From: Octopus bimaculoides
Taxonomy: Eukaryota
Assembly (NCBI RefSeq): GCF_001194135.2
Contig: NC_069009.1
Location: 762,627-826,626, forward strand
Reading direction: 5' to 3'
DNA: 64,000 nt
Each line of letters opens with the position of its first letter. Position 1 is the stretch's first letter. Shown here one piece after another: positions 61,401-64,000 of the stretch. The notes beneath the pieces are model-generated. The model was not told the DNA's origin and searched no databases. It saw nothing but the letters and a program-made list of their open reading frames with translations. A program made the translations under genes and the position numbers.

Positions 61401-62971
61401 ATGTGCACAGAAGATAGGGGTAGGTTTTATTTTTACGGGTAGCAGATGTGTTGTAGAAACTGACAGATATTGGATATATGTGCATTATTGACATACAGGT
61501 TTGATGTAAATCAGAGGAGAGACTGTGTAACTGAATCATGAAGAGGCCAAATGTTTAACCTGTAAGCTACAAACGTATTATGTGCTTTAGAGAACTATTA
61601 TATACTAAATAAGTATCTCTTACTTAGATTGTCATTCAGATTGTTTTAGCCCAATTGATTTTAAATCCAGTTGAAATGGTTGTTTTTCTCTGTCCCTTGA
61701 CATTCATCTTTGGGAAAATCTCATGCATTTAATTGAGGATGATATCTTGGTACATCAGGTAGACACCGTTCTGAGTTTAAACTGATAAACAACAATAATA
61801 AGAGCACGATCAAACAGTGCCCTATTACAAAATACCAACCTCACATATTTACTAAAATATCCACCAACATGAAGGTTAATACGTGTTGAAATTATTTATG
61901 CAAAGATAGAATTTCCAATGTACTGGCGATTAACTATTTGGCGTAATGTTACCAACCATTAGTATGGTAAAACTTGTAAGATGGTTACAAGAACAAAGTA
62001 CTTTCTTTCCAGGTTCATAGTTGGATACATCACAGCCCTTTGTTGACCAGTGGGGATTCCGCTCTGGGGAGTCATCCCAATAGACACATTGTGGGTTGGT
62101 GGCATTCTGAAAAACAATTACCTTGTAATTACTTTTTAATTTTAATCAAATTAATTTGTAATTAAAATACATGTAATGAATCTTTGCTAAAGTAACAAAA
62201 TATCAGACAATGGTTATAAATGTTTAGTTATTATTGACACCGTGAACCCCAAATCACAGTTTGTAACGTAGCTTAACTGACAATTCTTGAACCCCAAATC
62301 ACAGTTTGTAACGTAGCTTAACTGACAATTCTAATTTGTTTATAAATCTATGTATAGTATCATAATTTCTACTGTATCACATTAACAACTGAAGAAGCGA
62401 TTAGTGGATGTCGTTCTTGAAATATTTAATGACCTACACAATGACATGATGTTCACGGCTGTAATGTGTTTCATCATAGGTTTGCTAGATCAGAGATGAC
62501 ATGAATGTAAACAACAATAACAACATCAACTATGGTCAACGGAACCCCAAAGAAATTTATCAGACTTAAAATACACAGCCACAATCAATGAAGGCAATAG
62601 ACAAACATATTAAGAAAATAGACTGGTGATACTAAAAAACAACACAAGTAACTGGAAACATATCCGTCGCGTGCATTATAAAGATACAATAAGTTATAAG
62701 TTGAAACTACTACTACGACAACGACGACTACTACTACTACTACTTGTTCCACCGTGGTCCGTGTTTCATTTGTGAGCAGTGACGTATGGCCCTGAAACGC
62801 AACATAAATAGTGACTGCTATCACAAAATACATAGCTATTACCTGATCTATTACATTGAATGATATTGTAACTGGTTCATCAAGGCTGGTTATATTAACG
62901 TTAGGAACATTTGCAGCAATAATATGGCCGTTAATTTTAGTATTTGCTTTGGTACTAGAGTTTTCTATTAT
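54751..62971 (-). CDS. Gene C (3' partial): GAIN-GPS-7TM adhesion GPCR, paralogue of gene B; 5' part lies beyond the right edge
   Basis: Exons 62843-62971, 61957-62106, 60817-60938, 59592-59715, 58556-58697, 57682-57754, 56355-56746 and 54751-54782 match gene B in phase and nearly in length; no internal stops. Confidence 0.93.
56355..56746 (-). CDS. Gene C TM5-TM7 exon
   Basis: 392 bp; CWLSNTAFYAAFLAP...LLGFCW...FNTLQGMFIF; donor gtaagt at 56354. Confidence 0.92.
57682..57754 (-). CDS. Gene C TM4/ECL2 exon (GLPAVIVTITLATNHTNNYSVTEQV)
   Basis: 73 bp, phase 1-2. Confidence 0.92.
58556..58697 (-). CDS. Gene C TM3/ICL2 exon (AAAAVLHYFLLTSFMWMSVEALHIYLGLFVFKTIRSSFIKRSSILVW)
   Basis: 142 bp, phase 0-1. 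Confidence 0.95.
58975..59400 (-). mobile_element. Two degenerate SINE family 2 copies
   Basis: gtcgattacatcgac...aatcgacctctgtggaatatgaattcagaac and a second, more decayed unit. Confidence 0.6.
59592..59715 (-). CDS. Gene C TM2 exon (SLWKLMSSKILVNLSISLAATYLTFLVGFQAYSTKITAVCK)
   Basis: 124 bp, phase 2-0. Confidence 0.94.
59880..60050 (+). mobile_element. SINE fragment related to family 1
   Basis: gtgtttattgagcaaaaacacctaaagctccacgaggctccggcag shared with family 1; 3' part differs. Confidence 0.65.
60817..60938 (-). CDS. Gene C stalk/TM1 exon (DVYQNEGDVKNKELLSIISNIGCGISFVCLVLTVIVHVYFK)
   Basis: 122 bp, phase 0-2. Confidence 0.94.
61957..62106 (-). CDS. Gene C GPS exon (NATNPQCVYWDDSPERNPHWSTKGCDVSNYEPGKKVLCSCNHL|TSFTILM)
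   Basis: 150 bp, phase 0-0; GPS motif. Confidence 0.96.
62243..62332. repeat. Perfect 45-bp tandem duplication in a gene C intron
   Basis: tgaaccccaaatcacagtttgtaacgtagcttaactgacaattct x2. Confidence 0.9.
62843..62971 (-). CDS. Gene C GAIN exon (IIENSSTKANTKINGHIIAANVPNVNITSLDEPVTISFNVIDQ)
   Basis: 129 bp, phase 0-0; paralogous to 24374-24502. Confidence 0.94.
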
Positions 62972-63633
62972 CTGTAAAGAGAAGTCGTTAAATAAATTAA
63001 TTTATTCCGTAGAAGTGTTTATTAATACATCGTTAAAGCGTGATACCAAACTTTGGAGTTGCTGCACTTAGACATCATCACTTTAGCCTGTCCAACAGCT
63101 TAAAACAAAATATATTATATATTACAATATATATTACATGTGAGTTCACCACCACACCACATACTACCACACCACATCACAACACAACACACATTACCAC
63201 CGCACCACACCACACCATCACCCCACAACACACAACGTTTAACGCTACCATTTCCATATTTGGATGAGGCAGGTGGAACTTTTAGAGGCGGCACATTTCA
63301 TGTAACTGGATGACTTGCCTATCGCCAACATTCGTCTGTTTCTAGTCATGTAAATATTTCGCCAACTCCAGACGATAAGTTTCACAGAAAGCTACGCGTG
63401 TGACTTCTTTTTTATCGAAACGGGTTCTTCGCGGCAGTGTCGGTGGCAGCTAAGCTACCATCGGATATTTACTTGTTTTTATGTATAGCTGAATGAGCAC
63501 AAGATCCACAACTCCAAAAACGAATGTCTTTTTATCTATCTATCCATCTGTATATATACACATGTGTGCGTGTGTCGTGTGTGAATAGGTACGGTGGCGC
63601 AAACATGAATACAACTCAAAATATGAGTATATG

Positions 63634-64000
63634 TTGTTGTTGGTGGTACTCTATCGCTTACGACGTCGAGTGTTACAGTTGATCCGATCAACGGAACAGC
63701 CTGCTCGTGAAATTAACGTGCAAGTGGCTGAGCACTCCACAGACACGTGTACCCTTAACGTAGTTCTCGGGGATATTCAGCGTAACACAGAGTGTGACAA
63801 GGTTGTCCCTTTGAATTACAGGTACAACAGAAACAGGAAGTAAGAGTGAGAGAAAGTTGTGGTGAAAGAGTACAGCAGGGTTCGCCACCATCCCCTGCCG
63901 GAGCCTCGTGGAGCTTTAGGTGTTTTCGCTCAATAAACACTCACAACGCCCGGTTTGGGAATCGAAACCGCGATCTTATGACCGCAGGTCCGCTGCCCTA
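63634..64000 (-). mobile_element. SINE family 1 copy, running off the right edge
   Basis: Family 1 body and most of the head. Confidence 0.9.

Noticed and set aside
1-64000. CRISPR array or prokaryotic defence system
   Set aside because: Eukaryotic intron-exon DNA. The regularly recurring 72-bp units are coding exons, not repeat-spacer arrays.

Overview
AT-rich eukaryotic DNA from a gappy scaffold assembly with many N-runs and microsatellites. The SINE/LINE complement looks like an octopod cephalopod; that assignment is my recognition, not a database result. Most long ORFs in the supplied track are artefacts of gaps and microsatellites. Reading splice sites on the minus strand reveals a head-to-tail tandem array (unit about 36-40 kb) of three paralogous adhesion-type GPCR genes. 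Gene A (8732 down to at least 631) is a 5' part: signal peptide, LRRNT and 9 LRR exons, running off the left edge. Gene B (45681..15194) is nearly complete: signal peptide, LRRNT, 8 LRRs, LRRCT, a 12-Cys Ly6/uPAR-like three-finger domain, an unassigned (possibly SEA-like) region, GAIN/GPS with an H-L|T site, 7TM and a short terminal exon; at least two exons are probably hidden in gaps. Gene C (62971..54751) is a 3' part: GAIN, GPS, 7TM and tail. Each LRR is a symmetric phase 2-2 cassette exon duplicated together with its intron flanks. Genes A and B are each preceded by two related non-coding modules ending at a splice-donor position. The rest is tRNA-derived SINEs, decayed LINE, mariner, hAT and Penelope-like fragments, and simple repeats.
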